A stretch of 64,000 nucleotides of DNA from Eledone cirrhosa (taxonomy: Eukaryota), in assembly GCA_964016885.1 (NCBI GenBank), contig OZ024743.1:353896001-353960000 (forward strand), given 5' to 3'. Under the pieces are notes generated by a model. It had not been told where the DNA came from, made no database searches, and saw only the letters and a list, made by a program, of their open reading frames with translations. The position numbers and the translations under genes were made by a program. Shown in pieces: positions 14,581-28,054 of this stretch (position 1 is the first letter of the stretch; each line of letters starts with the position of its first letter).

Positions 14581-14684
14581 TAATTATATTGTATTGATTT
14601 TTATACATTAAATTTTGCTCTGGTACCTACATAGAGCACTCTTCACTTCTATGACCTTTTCTGTTTTCAACGGAAATTTCAATA

Positions 14685-14774
<90 letters not shown>

Positions 14775-14899
14775 GATCCGTGCATGCAAAAATTCATTGT
14801 GCAACAATAGGTTTTTGTGGTCTGACAGCGTTACACAAGTGCCACCAGTGTTTGCCATATATTTTATCAGGTGAAATGTATTACATATGGTTGAGACAC

Positions 14900-15110
14900 T
14901 TACAATTACTAAAGGCTATATAGTTGGCTAAATTACGTGACGTAGAGAATGATATTTTAATAGTGTTTTTAATTTAAGATATGTTACCTTTTCCCGGTGG
15001 AACGTTTCTTTCTATGATGTTGAAAAATAACTTCGGTATATTTGAGGCTTCGTTTATTCTGAATGGAGGCTAGAATGACGGCATATCTCTGCCTGCGATT
15101 TTTATGTTTA
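14900..15110 (-). pseudogene. Degraded PLE ORF fragment (RT-endonuclease linker)
   Basis: Minus strand reads PPFRINEASNIPKLFFNIIERNVPPGK...KNTIKISFSTSRNLANYIA, resembling the PLE motif NPPFS.NV.TNIG..F......FP...NTVKxSYS..N. Confidence 0.5.
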
Positions 15111-15665
15111 TTGTATGATATTTTACCAGTGTAATGTAATGGTCCAGATAAACTATAGGTATTATATTCTCTGTTATGTAATATCAACCTTTTCAACTAC
15201 GTGGGATTTGTTATTTACTATATGTGAGGTATTATAACATTGTTTCAGATAATTAGGTTCTAATTGGTCAAGAGATTGGGGCTAAGGACCATTATCTATT
15301 TTACTTTTCCTAGTGTTAACTATATTAGGTTCTGAGTGTGCAAAGGATAGAGGGTGAAGAAGCGGACTAGTAACCCCTTTAATTTTCTTAGATTTATCAT
15401 TGTGAAGATCTGAGTGTGTAAAGAACTGAAGGTATGGAAGCAGACCATTATCTTCTTTAATTTTCCTAGGACTGTGAATACCAGTATTAAGGATTATTTT
15501 TCTTGTTATAAGGATAGTAAGATTTTCGAGATTTACAAATATTCTTTTGGTTTCTAACCTTGTTACATTCATCCCATTTCTCTTTAGAGAGCTACAAGTA
15601 ATCACATTAAAATGCGTACGAGGTTTATCGTAGCTATTGTTAGGGATATGACATACTTTCTCCTT

Positions 15666-15850
15666 AGAGACGGCCACCAGTCTAAAGGCACCACATTTGC
15701 TATTGTTTACGTTCAGGACCACCAGATTACCGCCCGGCTTCTGGACGATCTACCTTTCCTTGAGATCAAGGTCTTTCCTAAACAGCACAGCCACCCACCC
15801 TCCCATTCCCGGTGGACTAACAGGTGCGAAGATACGATAGTCATCGAAAA
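15666..15850 (-). pseudogene. Diverged fragment of the Tx1-like ORF2 endonuclease
   Basis: Nucleotide homology to 31143-31327 (gacggccaccagtctaaaggcacca...ttcctaaacagcacagccac...ctcccattcccgg). Encodes GAFRLVAV. Confidence 0.85.
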
Positions 15851-15852
15851 TG

Positions 15853-17943
15853 GGATCAATTGTTGATTGATAAGGCGATCTTTAAAGATTGTAAAAGGAG
15901 ACACAGAAATCTTACTATGGCTTGGACCGATCACCGCAAGGCTTACGACATGGTGCCACATAGTTGGATAGTAGAATATTTGGAAATGTTTGGTATTACA
16001 GCTAACGTTAGACAGTTACTGGTGAGCAGAATGGATTGATGGAAGACTGAACTGACATCATGTAGAGAGACATTGGGTGTTGTGAAGCTCAAGAGAGGAA
16101 TATTTCAGGGAGAAAGTGTTTCACCTTTGCTGTTTGTACTGTGTATGGTTCCACTTTCATTGGTGTTGAGAAGGTCAATGGCTAATTATGAATGGGGAGG
16201 ACGTGTGTTTAAGATAAGCCACCTGTTGTTCATGGATGACCTAAAATTCTTTGGGAAATCCTATGAACATATTGATTTCCTTAATCAGACAGTTCATATA
16301 TTCAGTACGGACATAGAAATTAGAAATGGAATTTGGCATACTGAAATGTGGGGTGCTATTACTGAAGCGACGTAGAATTAATAAGATAGAAGGAATTGTA
16401 TTAGCAGACGAACAATTTATTAAGGATATTGACGATAACGAGTTTAAGTATTTAAGCATCCTAGAAACAGACCAAATGAAAGAGAAGGAAATGAAAGCGC
16501 TGTTATCAAAGGAATATAAACGGAGACTGAATTTGGTGTTAAAGACAAACTTAAGAGGTAGAAATAAGATACCGGCTATCAACACATAGACTGTTGCAGT
16601 GCTAAGGTATAGTGCTGGTGTGATAGAATGGAGATGTGATGAACTTATGGAGCTTGATAGGAAAACGAAGAAAGCGATGACACTACAAGGGGTTCTACAC
16701 CCCAAAATGACGGGGACAGGTTGTATGTATCACGACAGTGAGGAGGAAGAGGTCTTATCAGCTGTGAAATGTGTGTGAAGTCTGAAGAAAATAATCTGGC
16801 ATGATATGTAAAGAATTCAAAGGGGAAATTGATGGCAGGAGTAAGAAAGATAAAGGTACTAAACAGCAAAGGAAGAGGGAGAATTTAAACAAGACAGACA
16901 GAATGATACATTGAATAGATGGAAAGAGAAAAAGATGTATGGTCAATTCCTGCGTGAAAAGCCTGAGACAGTTGACAAAGATAAAAACTGGAAAGGGACT
17001 AGGAAAGGTGACTTTAAAGGGACTAGGAAAGGTGAAACTGGGGTCCTTATTTTCGCAGACCAGAAACCGGCATTGAGAACAAACTATATAAAGTTCAATA
17101 TTGACAAGTCAGTGAGAAAGGGGAAACAATAAACCACATTATTAGTGAATGTAAGGCGGTGGATTAGCAGTATCGGTAGAGGGTCGGATGCCATGCTTTC
17201 CAGCATAGTTACGTCCCTTTACGGTCTGAGTTCAAATCCCGCCGAGGTTTACTTTGCCTTTCATCCTTACGGGGTCGATAAAATAAAGTACCAGTAATGC
17301 ACTGGGTAATTGCTGGCCTTGTGCCTAAAGTAGAAACAATTATTAGTGAATGTAAGATTCTTGCTCAGAAAGAGTAGAAGTGAAAGCATGACAACATTGC
17401 CAGATTAGTTCATTGGAAGCTTTGTCATATGTATGGCATGAGCAGCAGTGAGAAATGTTATTAGAACCAAACGGAAAGGGTGGCTGAAAATGAACAGTAT
17501 AAGATCTTGTGGGACATCACCATCCAGTGGGATCATTTTATCATGGCTAGAAAGCCTGGCATTGTTGTAGAAAAGAAGAATAACAAGGCAAGTATTGTGA
17601 ATATTGCTTCACTGTGGGACCACAGGGTGAATGTGAAGGAAAGTGAGAAAGTTGAGAAATACCAGCAGCTGAACAGAGAAATAAAAAAAAAAAACTATGG
17701 GGAATCAGACACGTAGAAGTGTTACCGATTGAGATTGGCGCACTGGGAGCAGTTAGTAAAAGGTTTGATGCATAGCTTGTGGAACTAGGAAATACCACCC
17801 TAACGGGAATTTTGCAGTGAGCAGCCTTGCTAGGAACAGCTACGATTCTAATGCCCTTTGGCCATTGGCTATGGCTCGCTCCTTTAGTATAGTGTTGTTA
17901 TAACATCTTCCAGAGCAAAAGTGTTACAAATGATGATAATAAT
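15853..17943 (+). mobile_element. 5'-truncated, decayed R4/Dong-like RLE non-LTR retrotransposon
   Basis: [45 protein letters not shown]...KPGIV, AALLGTA and a short (GAT/AAT) tail. Homologous to 40204-43618. Confidence 0.9.
17156..17338 (+). mobile_element. Nin/Deu-domain tRNA SINE, full-length, with 18-bp TSD
   Basis: TSD attattagtgaatgtaag at 17138-17155 and 17339-17356. B-box gagttcaaatccc. Deu/Nin-like core gcctttcatccttacggggtcgataaaataaagtaccag. Inserted in the R4-like LINE. Confidence 0.95.
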
Positions 17944-18149
17944 GGTTTCAGATTTAGGCACAAGGCCTTTGGGAGAGAAAAGTCGATTAAATCGACCCTA
18001 GTGCATTACCGGTACGTTATTTTATCGACTACGTAAGGATGAAAGGTTAAGATAACCTTGGCGGGATTTGAAACCAGACCGTAGAGGGTCGTAATTCTAT
18101 GTCACGGAGCAGGGTGTCCGACACTCTACCGATGCTGCCAATCTACCGT
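17943..18149 (-). mobile_element. Nin/Deu-domain tRNA SINE
   Basis: Same family, inserted at the AAT-rich tail of the R4-like LINE. Confidence 0.85.
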
Positions 18150-18194
18150 CCTACGGTAGATTGGCAGCATCGGTACGAATGATGATAGTAAGTA

Positions 18195-18395
18195 TGGTTT
18201 CTACTATATGCACAATTCCAACAATTTTTGGAGAAAGAGAAACTCGATTAAATTGATTCCATTGTGTTACTGGTGCTTTATTTTATCAACCCCATAAGGA
18301 TGAAAGGCAAAGTTAACCTCGGCGGGATTTGAACTCAGATCATAAAGGGCAAAGCATGTCGTCCAACGCTCTACCGATACTGCCAATTCACCGCC
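18195..18395 (-). mobile_element. Nin/Deu-domain tRNA SINE
   Basis: Same family (ggatgaaaggcaaagttaacctcggcgggatttgaactcaga). Confidence 0.85.
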
Positions 18396-18705
18396 TTGCG
18401 AATGATGATAATTATAATAAGTAGAATAAACAATTGATGATGTACTTAAAATGTTGTACTCGTATGTACATGTGTATTTATAGTATACAAAGAAAAGAAA
18501 TTTGTTCATACAAAATAAATTATGCATTTTTTCTAAAAAAAAATATTTAATTTGCATAAAAAATCATGGCTATCCCAATTGATGTTGTACTGATCATTTT
18601 CAGCTGTCCATGATATTCTCAGCGTGTAGGTTTCACGGTCGCTATGTGTCGTTAACGTTTTATCGAGTCCTCTCTGGATGTTTGCCTTTATATTTATTAT
18701 TACTG

Positions 18706-18736
<31 letters not shown>

Positions 18737-18737
18737 G

Positions 18738-18809
<72 letters not shown>

Positions 18810-19261
18810 TTACTACTACTATATATATGTATATATATGTATATATATGTATATGTATATATGTATATATACACATATATATGCATGTGCGTGTAAATAT
18901 ATGTATCATTATCTATAAAAGGCAGATTGTTGTTGTGTGTGTGTGTGTGTGTGTGTGTTTGTGTGTTTGTGTGTGTGTGTGTGCATGTTCCATGTTTATA
19001 CATTTGTACAATTTCAAACCGATTCGACTCAAAGTCTGTAAGAATGTTGTAAATGGTCTAACTTAGATCAACGATTATTTATTTATTTCAAAATCACCCA
19101 CAATTACGGAAATAATCGATAAAACTAAATACATGACGCTTTACCCCTGTAATACAATCTGATATCCTCTCTCTACTCTCCTTAAAAAATCGAAAAAAAA
19201 AAATACATGCTGCAACCTCCTCTTATATACGCTTATAAACCCACTCCTTACTAATTTCCTT

Positions 19262-19362
<101 letters not shown>

Positions 19363-19393
19363 TAAAGGAGTGAGCCAGAGAGTGAGAGACAGA

Positions 19394-22048
19394 ACTGTAC
19401 AGACGAAGGCGGCCTGAGAACGGTGGATTCACTATGACGTTACGGGGTCATCAAGTTGATAATAGGTGGGTGGTCCCGTACTATCCATTTCTGATGAAAC
19501 TTTCAACGCTCATATAAATGTGGAGTTCTGTCATTCAGTGAAGTCGATAAAGTACATATGTAAATATGTTAACAAGGGTTCCGACGCTGCCATGTTCGGC
19601 CTTCAAAACGACAATAGCAGGGACGAGGTCTCGGAGTACTTGGCAGGTCGATATATCAGCAGTGGTGAAGCTTTTTGGCGGATATTCGGGTTTCCACTTC
19701 ACCAAAGGCACCCCGCCATCATACAACTAGCGGTTCATTTGTAAAACGGCCAGCGGGCTTACTTTACTGAACAGACTGCTGCTCATTTGGCGGCCAATCC
19801 AAAAGAAACAACTTTGACTGTTTTTTTTACGCTTTGCCAACTTGAGACATTTGCAAAAACACTTTCATATCCTCAGGTTCCGTCCTACTACGTGTGGTCA
19901 AACAACACTTGGGTGCGTAGGAAGTCAGGTCAGGATGTTGAAGGACATCCTGGTGTCAAGTTTGACAGTTGTCTAGGAAGAGTGTACACTGTACCTCCCA
20001 ACCAGCATGAGTGTTTTCACCTGCGCCTTCTCCTCCATGAGGTTTTTGGCCCACAAAGCTTTCGAGACATAAGAACTGTTGACGGTGAATTATGTGATAC
20101 TTTCCGGGAAGCCTGCTTTAGGCGTGGCCTTGTGGAGGATGATTCACAATGGGGCGCCACTATGGCAGAGGGCGTTTTGTTGAAATCTCCTAAAAGACTA
20201 AAATCGCTTTTCGCTATTCTACTCCTATGGTGCGATTTGGGTGATCCGGCCTCTTTATGGCTTGGCTACAAAGATTACATGTCTGAAGGTTTCCTGCGTC
20301 ACGCTCAGTTGCTAAACCCATCGATGGAGGTCGGGTACAGTGACCTCATTTACAACAGGGTGCTGCTTGAAATCGAAGATACTGTTCTCGATATGGGCGG
20401 TAGTGCGTTGGCGGTGTATGGCCTACCTTCAATAAACCGGTAAGGCGCAAACACCTTTGGATTTGCTGCGTGAGACATCTTATAATATTGACGAGCTTGC
20501 CCAGTACATAGCGGAGAATGAGCCAAGCTCCTTCCAGAACAGAAATTCCCTTAAAACTCCGTTGTTAATTCTGTCCGGGGAAAATCTGGGGGGATTTTTT
20601 TCCTGGACGCTCCTGGGCGGACTGGGAAAACTTTTGTCACCAAATTAATTGTTTCTACTTTAGGCACAAGGCCAGCAATTACCCAGTGCATTACTGGTAC
20701 TTTATTTTATCGACCCCGTAAGGATGAAAGGCAAAGTCAACCTCGGCGGGATTTGAACTCAGATCGTAAAGGGACGTAACTATGCTGGAAAGCATGGCGT
20801 CCGACCCTCTACCTATACTGCCAATCCACCGCCCTAATATTAGCTGAGATTAGGCGAACAGAAGGCATTGCTTTAGCTGTGGCATTATCTGGAATTGCGG
20901 CTACTTTGTTGCCGGGCGGCAGTACAGCTCACTCCTATTTCAAGCTCCCGCTTGACTTAGCGAAGACTGAGACACCCACTTGCAACATCAGTAAGAGCTC
21001 CGATCAGGCAGAAGTGTTCAGACGATGCAAGCTTATCGTTTGGGACGAATGCAGGATGGCCCACAGAGGTGCTCTTGAGGCGCTAGATAGAACTCTGAGA
21101 GACATCAAAGACTCTACGGCTCCAATGGGAGGCATAACACTTCTTCTTTCAGGGGACTTCAGGCAAACGCTTCCCGTTATTCCCAAGGGGACTAGAGCTG
21201 ATGCAGTGCGTGCGTGTCTTAAGTCATCCGCATTGTGGCCCCTGGTGAAGACTCTGAAACTTCACACTAACATGCGTGCTCATATGCGAGGTGATATCGC
21301 ATCAGCATCATTTTCTCACACCCTCCTTGCACTTGGCGAAGGCAAAACACCCGGGGATGAAAAGGGTAATATTGCCATCGACTCACTTTGTACCGTTGTT
21401 AGTACGCCTTCTGATCTCAGGGATGCAGTGTTACCAGATCTCCAAGCAAATTATCAGAATATGGATTGGCTTGCCCAAAGGGCTATTCTGGCCCCGAGGA
21501 ATAAAACTGTTAACCATATTAATGATCAAATGCTAAAACTCATTCCTGGGGATGGCTACGTATATAAGTCTATCGATAGAACTCCTGACCCTGATGACGT
21601 CATCAACTATCCAACAGAAGTATAAATTCCTTTGAGCCCCCCGGATTACCCCCATACAGTTTGAAACTTAAAGTTGGTGCACCTACAATGCAATGGCACA
21701 CGTTTGGTCGTTAAGTCCTTAGCTCCCAATCTGATTGAGGCCACGATAATCACAGGGTGCGGTCGAGGCAAGGTTGTGCTCATACCGAGGATGCATCTTT
21801 TCCCATCAGGAGCAGACCTACCTTTCACATTTTGGAGGTCCCAGTTCCCGGTCAGGCCATGCTTCGCAATGTCAATTAACAAAGCGCAGGGGCAAACACT
21901 GTCTGTCGCGGGAATACATTTGGGAGAGCCATTTTTCTCTCATGGTCAGCTTTACGTTGGCTGCTCGTGTGTGGGCAGCAAGAGTGATGATTTCGCGTTC
22001 GTTCCGCAAGGAAAAACAAAAAACATTGTGTATAAGGAGGTTTTATAG
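19394..22048 (+). pseudogene. Helitron RepHel (HUH Rep C-terminus plus PIF1-family helicase), frameshifted
   Basis: DNRWVVPY, FNAHINVEFC.SVKSIKYICKYVNKG, Walker A DAPGRTGKT, SGIAATLL, IVWDE, GDFRQTLPV, NGTRL, QFPVRPCFAMSINKAQGQTL, FSHGQLYV, NIVYKEVL*. Confidence 0.92.
20649..20833 (-). mobile_element. Nin/Deu-domain tRNA SINE inserted in the Helitron helicase
   Basis: Near-identical to the 17156-17338 copy. It splits GKTFVTK/LILAEIR and is flanked by taat on both sides. Confidence 0.95.
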
Positions 22049-22975
22049 GATTACCTCGATTCCTAATTTTATAACTTTTTTATTATTTTATTTTTTGCCT
22101 TTTCGTGAGTACTTTCTAAGTAGGTTAACCTTCACTGCAGTGCACTGGACACTCCCCACCATCGACCGTACAAAGGCTGATTCTCGCGGCGTTACAAAGC
22201 TTCATTGCAACTCCGACCCTACTCAAATATCAGCTGTTGCTCCTCACCAACCCCCGTTTGGTGAGCCTCGGAGGACCGTGAACAGGTTAGTATTTCACCT
22301 CCGTACGATTCTCAAAGGGTGAACAATGCTTTAATGACGGGATTTACATTTTTAGGCGGTTCCCTGCAATTACTTCACACTTCACCAACACCTGGACTCC
22401 GCTCAGCTCTATTTCCTTCCCTCCGTCGGCACAGCAGCAGGCTCATCTTCTACGCCCGACGTACATGATGCACAAACCATACAATGACCCCTCTTCCTCT
22501 TTTTTGGTTGTCATAATTCGACAATGTTTTCAGGCTCCTGTTTGCGGTTCTCTCATCCCCCCCCCCATTAAAACATGTCATGCAGAACAACTCCATCGCA
22601 GCTCTATTATTCGGCTGGCATCGTCTACGCGCGTGTTGCGCAAGTACTGTGAAACAATATATTTCAACACTTCTTTGCACAGAGATAATACCAATAGGCG
22701 AAACTACAATTGTCACTGCTGGCGCAGCTCCTGCTTCGGCAGTCCAGGTCTGCAATTCATTCAACCAGTGCCTGGTAGACAAAAAAGTGCTGCCATAAAA
22801 TGGGTGGTGCAACCTAACTTTGGTAACTTACTGATCTCGAGCAACGTCGGGCTTTAATGCTAGTGTATGATATATGTATATATATATATATAGATATCTC
22901 TCCCCCCTCTCTCTCTCTCTATCTCTCTATCTCTGTATATATATATGTTTATGTAAATATATATATATATATACA

Positions 22976-23036
<61 letters not shown>

Positions 23037-23520
23037 CATAAACATACACGTATAAAACATGTATATAGCTGTACATAAAAATGTATATACACACAACTAC
23101 AATTATATGAATGTATAAAGATGTGCATTTGACAATTACACTTCGCTTACATTTATGAATTTATGAACAAGGGAACACAAAATACACGTGAGTAATTCGG
23201 TATAAGACATACATATATACTTATATAGACATATATTCAGAATTAAAAACATATACATGCATACATGCAATCACACATACATACACACATACATACATAC
23301 ATACATGCATACATACATACATGCATGCATACATATATACATACATGTATATATACATACATGCATACATTCATACATACATACATGCATGCATACATAC
23401 ATACATACATGCAAGCATGCATACATACATATATACGTACCTACATATATGCATTCATGCATGCATACATACATGCATATATACTTGCATACATACATAC
23501 ATGCATGCATGCATACATAG

Positions 23521-24517
23521 TTAGGAAATTACAAGTACAATCCATTAATGGAACAGTAAAAATATGTAAAACATTCCAAAAATGTTGCATCTAATAACTG
23601 CATATACACATGCACAGATACAAAGCATATACACATGCACACATACAACTCAAAGCATACACATCCACACATACAATAACATCCATATCTACACATACAT
23701 GAATACATGCATACATAATCTACCTAGTTGATGTTGTGTAAATTCCAATGAGAGAGTCTTGTGTCTATGTTAGAAACAGACTCTCTCTCTATTGGTAAAA
23801 AGTTGTGAAATTATAAAACCGGAAAAGCATTCATCCATGCATGCATAGATACATATACACTTACATACATACAGACGTTCATAAATATATACTTACATAC
23901 ATACACACACACATACATACGTACATACATGCATGCATGCATACATACATACATACATACATACACACATACATACATACGACGTATATACATATATACT
24001 TACATACATATATGCATACATACATACATACATACATACATACATACATACATACATACATACATACATACATGGTGGCTGCCAACTCGTTTTCGAGTAC
24101 GGCCACTACTTTATATCCATGAAGGAGAACCCCTACCGATGCGTTGAACGAGTGTGAGTTTTTAGTCCAGCCAGCGACTTGAAAACTCTGGTACAAACAC
24201 TACACTTGTGACAATTATTGACACATAGTGCTGGGCCCATGGTACCATGTGATGACAAGTGCAGAGAGATCTCCAGATATAAAGCAATGCCTGTGCCGTG
24301 AAGCTTTTATAGTGAGCAAAGGCACTGCACAAAGCCAGTCCCACTCTCTTAACCAAGATGATATTTACCAAAAAGAAGAACAAGTCAACATCATTGGATA
24401 CCATCAGGGTTGCAGGTGTTATATCAGAGTTTTCCTTCTCCTAGAATTCTGCATTGACAAAGGCTAAGGGGTCATCTCTCCCAGTGACAAAGGCTAAGGG
24501 GTCATCTCTCCCAGATG
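23521..24517 (-). mobile_element. Second (5'-truncated) copy of the RTE-derived element plus the same downstream ~300-bp repeat
   Basis: 24071-24480 is the reverse complement of about 1200-1610, and 23521-23825 is the reverse complement of about 1690-1988. A 30-bp tandem duplication lies at the truncation point (24455-24514). Confidence 0.8.
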
Positions 24518-24542
24518 ATACATACATACATACATACATACA

Positions 24543-24574
<32 letters not shown>

Positions 24575-25324
24575 CAACCTTGCCACCAGGAAGGTGGCCC
24601 GTCAAAAAAATATACTCGAAATTAAGAGACAGAGATAATACACATACATACACTACACATACATACACTACACATACATTCACACATACATACTTACATA
24701 AATACATTCATACATACACACACACACATAGATACATAAATACATACATACATACACACACACACATACATAATTCATACTTAGATAAATACATACATAC
24801 ATAAATACATACACGTGCATACCCATAGATACATAAATACATACATAGATACATACATACACACATACATAATTCATACTTAGATAAATACATACATACA
24901 TACATAAATACATACACGTGCTTATACATATCTTTTAAGATATTTTTTACACACATTTCATTCGTTATCTCTGTTTTTGTCAAACGCTGTCATCTTTACC
25001 TCATCACTACGCCCTTACATTCCTTTATCCTCACCATAAATATAAGCACATATACACCGGAAGACATTTACACATGAATACGTACCATATATACATACAT
25101 TCATATATATATATTGCGTGGTCAAGTATGAAATTTGTAGAAATTTGTTTTTTTTCTACAAATTTCATACTTGACGGCCCAATACATACGTTCATATTTA
25201 CATATATACATACACGTATATATGTATACATATATATTTATATACACACATGCACTAACTCTCATACATAAAAACACAAAACTGAAATTATTAACTGTTT
25301 ATCGTACGTATTTGCCTTTATTTA

Positions 25325-26272
<948 letters not shown>

Positions 26273-26303
26273 CAGTTGAACAGATCACGTACTTACATAT
26301 ATG

Positions 26304-26334
<31 letters not shown>

Positions 26335-26355
26335 GTATATATATATATATAAATA

Positions 26356-26407
<52 letters not shown>

Positions 26408-26525
26408 TATATGTATATATATATATTTATATATATATATATATATATATAACAGTTGAACAGATCACGTACTTACATACATATACACATACATATACAC
26501 ATACATATATGTATGTATATATCTA

Positions 26526-26578
<53 letters not shown>

Positions 26579-26996
26579 ATGTGTATATGTATGTAAGTAC
26601 GTGATCTGTTCAGCTGTTCACATGTTACAGCTTACCAGTTAATGCTTCTGCGATGCGATCGAATCACATTTGATTAGCGGTCAAGTCGTAATTTTTATTG
26701 GTCAACACACATAACAAATTTGATGAGATTGAATTTGACAGAGAATTGCAATCTTATATTTCCCTCTTCCACGCTACCTCCGTTTCCCTTCCTGCCCCTC
26801 TATTTCTCACCACCTTCAGCTAGTTCCCTGTCTAGCTCTTTCACTCTTCTTTATCACGTATGCCAGCATATAGCTTTTCTTTTTTTTCTTGTTACATATT
26901 TCTCTCTCTATATATATATTGGTGTGCATTTCTTTCTAATTATTTTGCTTGTAGTCATTCCTTCTTTCCGAATCATTTCTCTGTGAAACATATACA

Positions 26997-27055
<59 letters not shown>

Positions 27056-27502
27056 CATCTATCTATCTACCTGTCTCTCTGACCCCCCCTCTCTATCTAT
27101 CTATCTATTTGTCTGTCTATCCGTCTGTCTCTGTCTATCTATCCCTCTATCTATCTGTCTATCTATATATCTATTGATTTATCTTTCTGTCTGTCTGTCT
27201 CTCTGTTTGTCTGTCTATCTATCTATCTATTTATCTATCTATCCGATTTCTTTTGTAACTCTTCTTGTTTTTAACTCTTCTACATCTACAACTCCTTACC
27301 ATACTTCTCTTCTTAGCTTCACAATTTTTATCCCTCTCCTTATCTCACATCCTGCCATCATCTTCTCCATTCTCCTTCTAATAACGCACACTACACCTCT
27401 TTACCCAACACCCAACACCTATGTGTTGTTACCTTTTAATGATCGCTTTACACAGTTTTATGTGTTCAGCGAGCTTCTGCAATGAACCGTTAAACACACA
27501 AA

Positions 27503-27591
<89 letters not shown>

Positions 27592-27755
27592 GGGGGGGAG
27601 TGAGAGGAAGGGGATAAGGACAGGGTAAAGATGGCGAGGGAAGGAGTGATATGCAGGGAAACAGATGGTTAGAGTATGAGAAAAGAATATGTCGGAATAT
27701 GGAAGAAGAAAAAGAGGAGGTAAAAGACGGAAGGAAATAAAAAATAAAGAAGAGA

Positions 27756-27802
<47 letters not shown>

Positions 27803-28054
27803 TTTCATTTATTGGCCACAAGGGCCGACATATAGGGGACAACACAATAGACAGGGACAGTGGGGGTTTACATAGAGATCGAGTAAGTATAAATAACAAA
27901 AAAAACAAAATAACAATAAAAATACAACAATGAAAGTTCCCCAATAAGAGGGATCACCACCCAGGGTTGACTCAAGCACCCCACCAGTCCTGAGCCACCC
28001 GACGCTCCTAGGGCACCCGGGAAGGGCACCCCTCTCCTTCTCGAATTCACCAGC

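Larger units (their letters stand above)
14081..14688 (+). mobile_element. Non-autonomous PLE-type element with inverted pseudo-LTR carrying a hammerhead motif
   Basis: About 180-bp near-perfect inverted repeat 14081-14266 vs 14431-14612, bounded by (TA)n, with one hammerhead motif in each arm. Confidence 0.75.
19394..22863 (+). mobile_element. Helitron, 5'-truncated at (GA)n, with canonical 3' end
   Basis: RepHel coding remnants. Subterminal hairpin ctcga-gcaacg-tcggg at 22836-22851 and terminal CTAG 22860-22863 followed by T. Confidence 0.92.
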
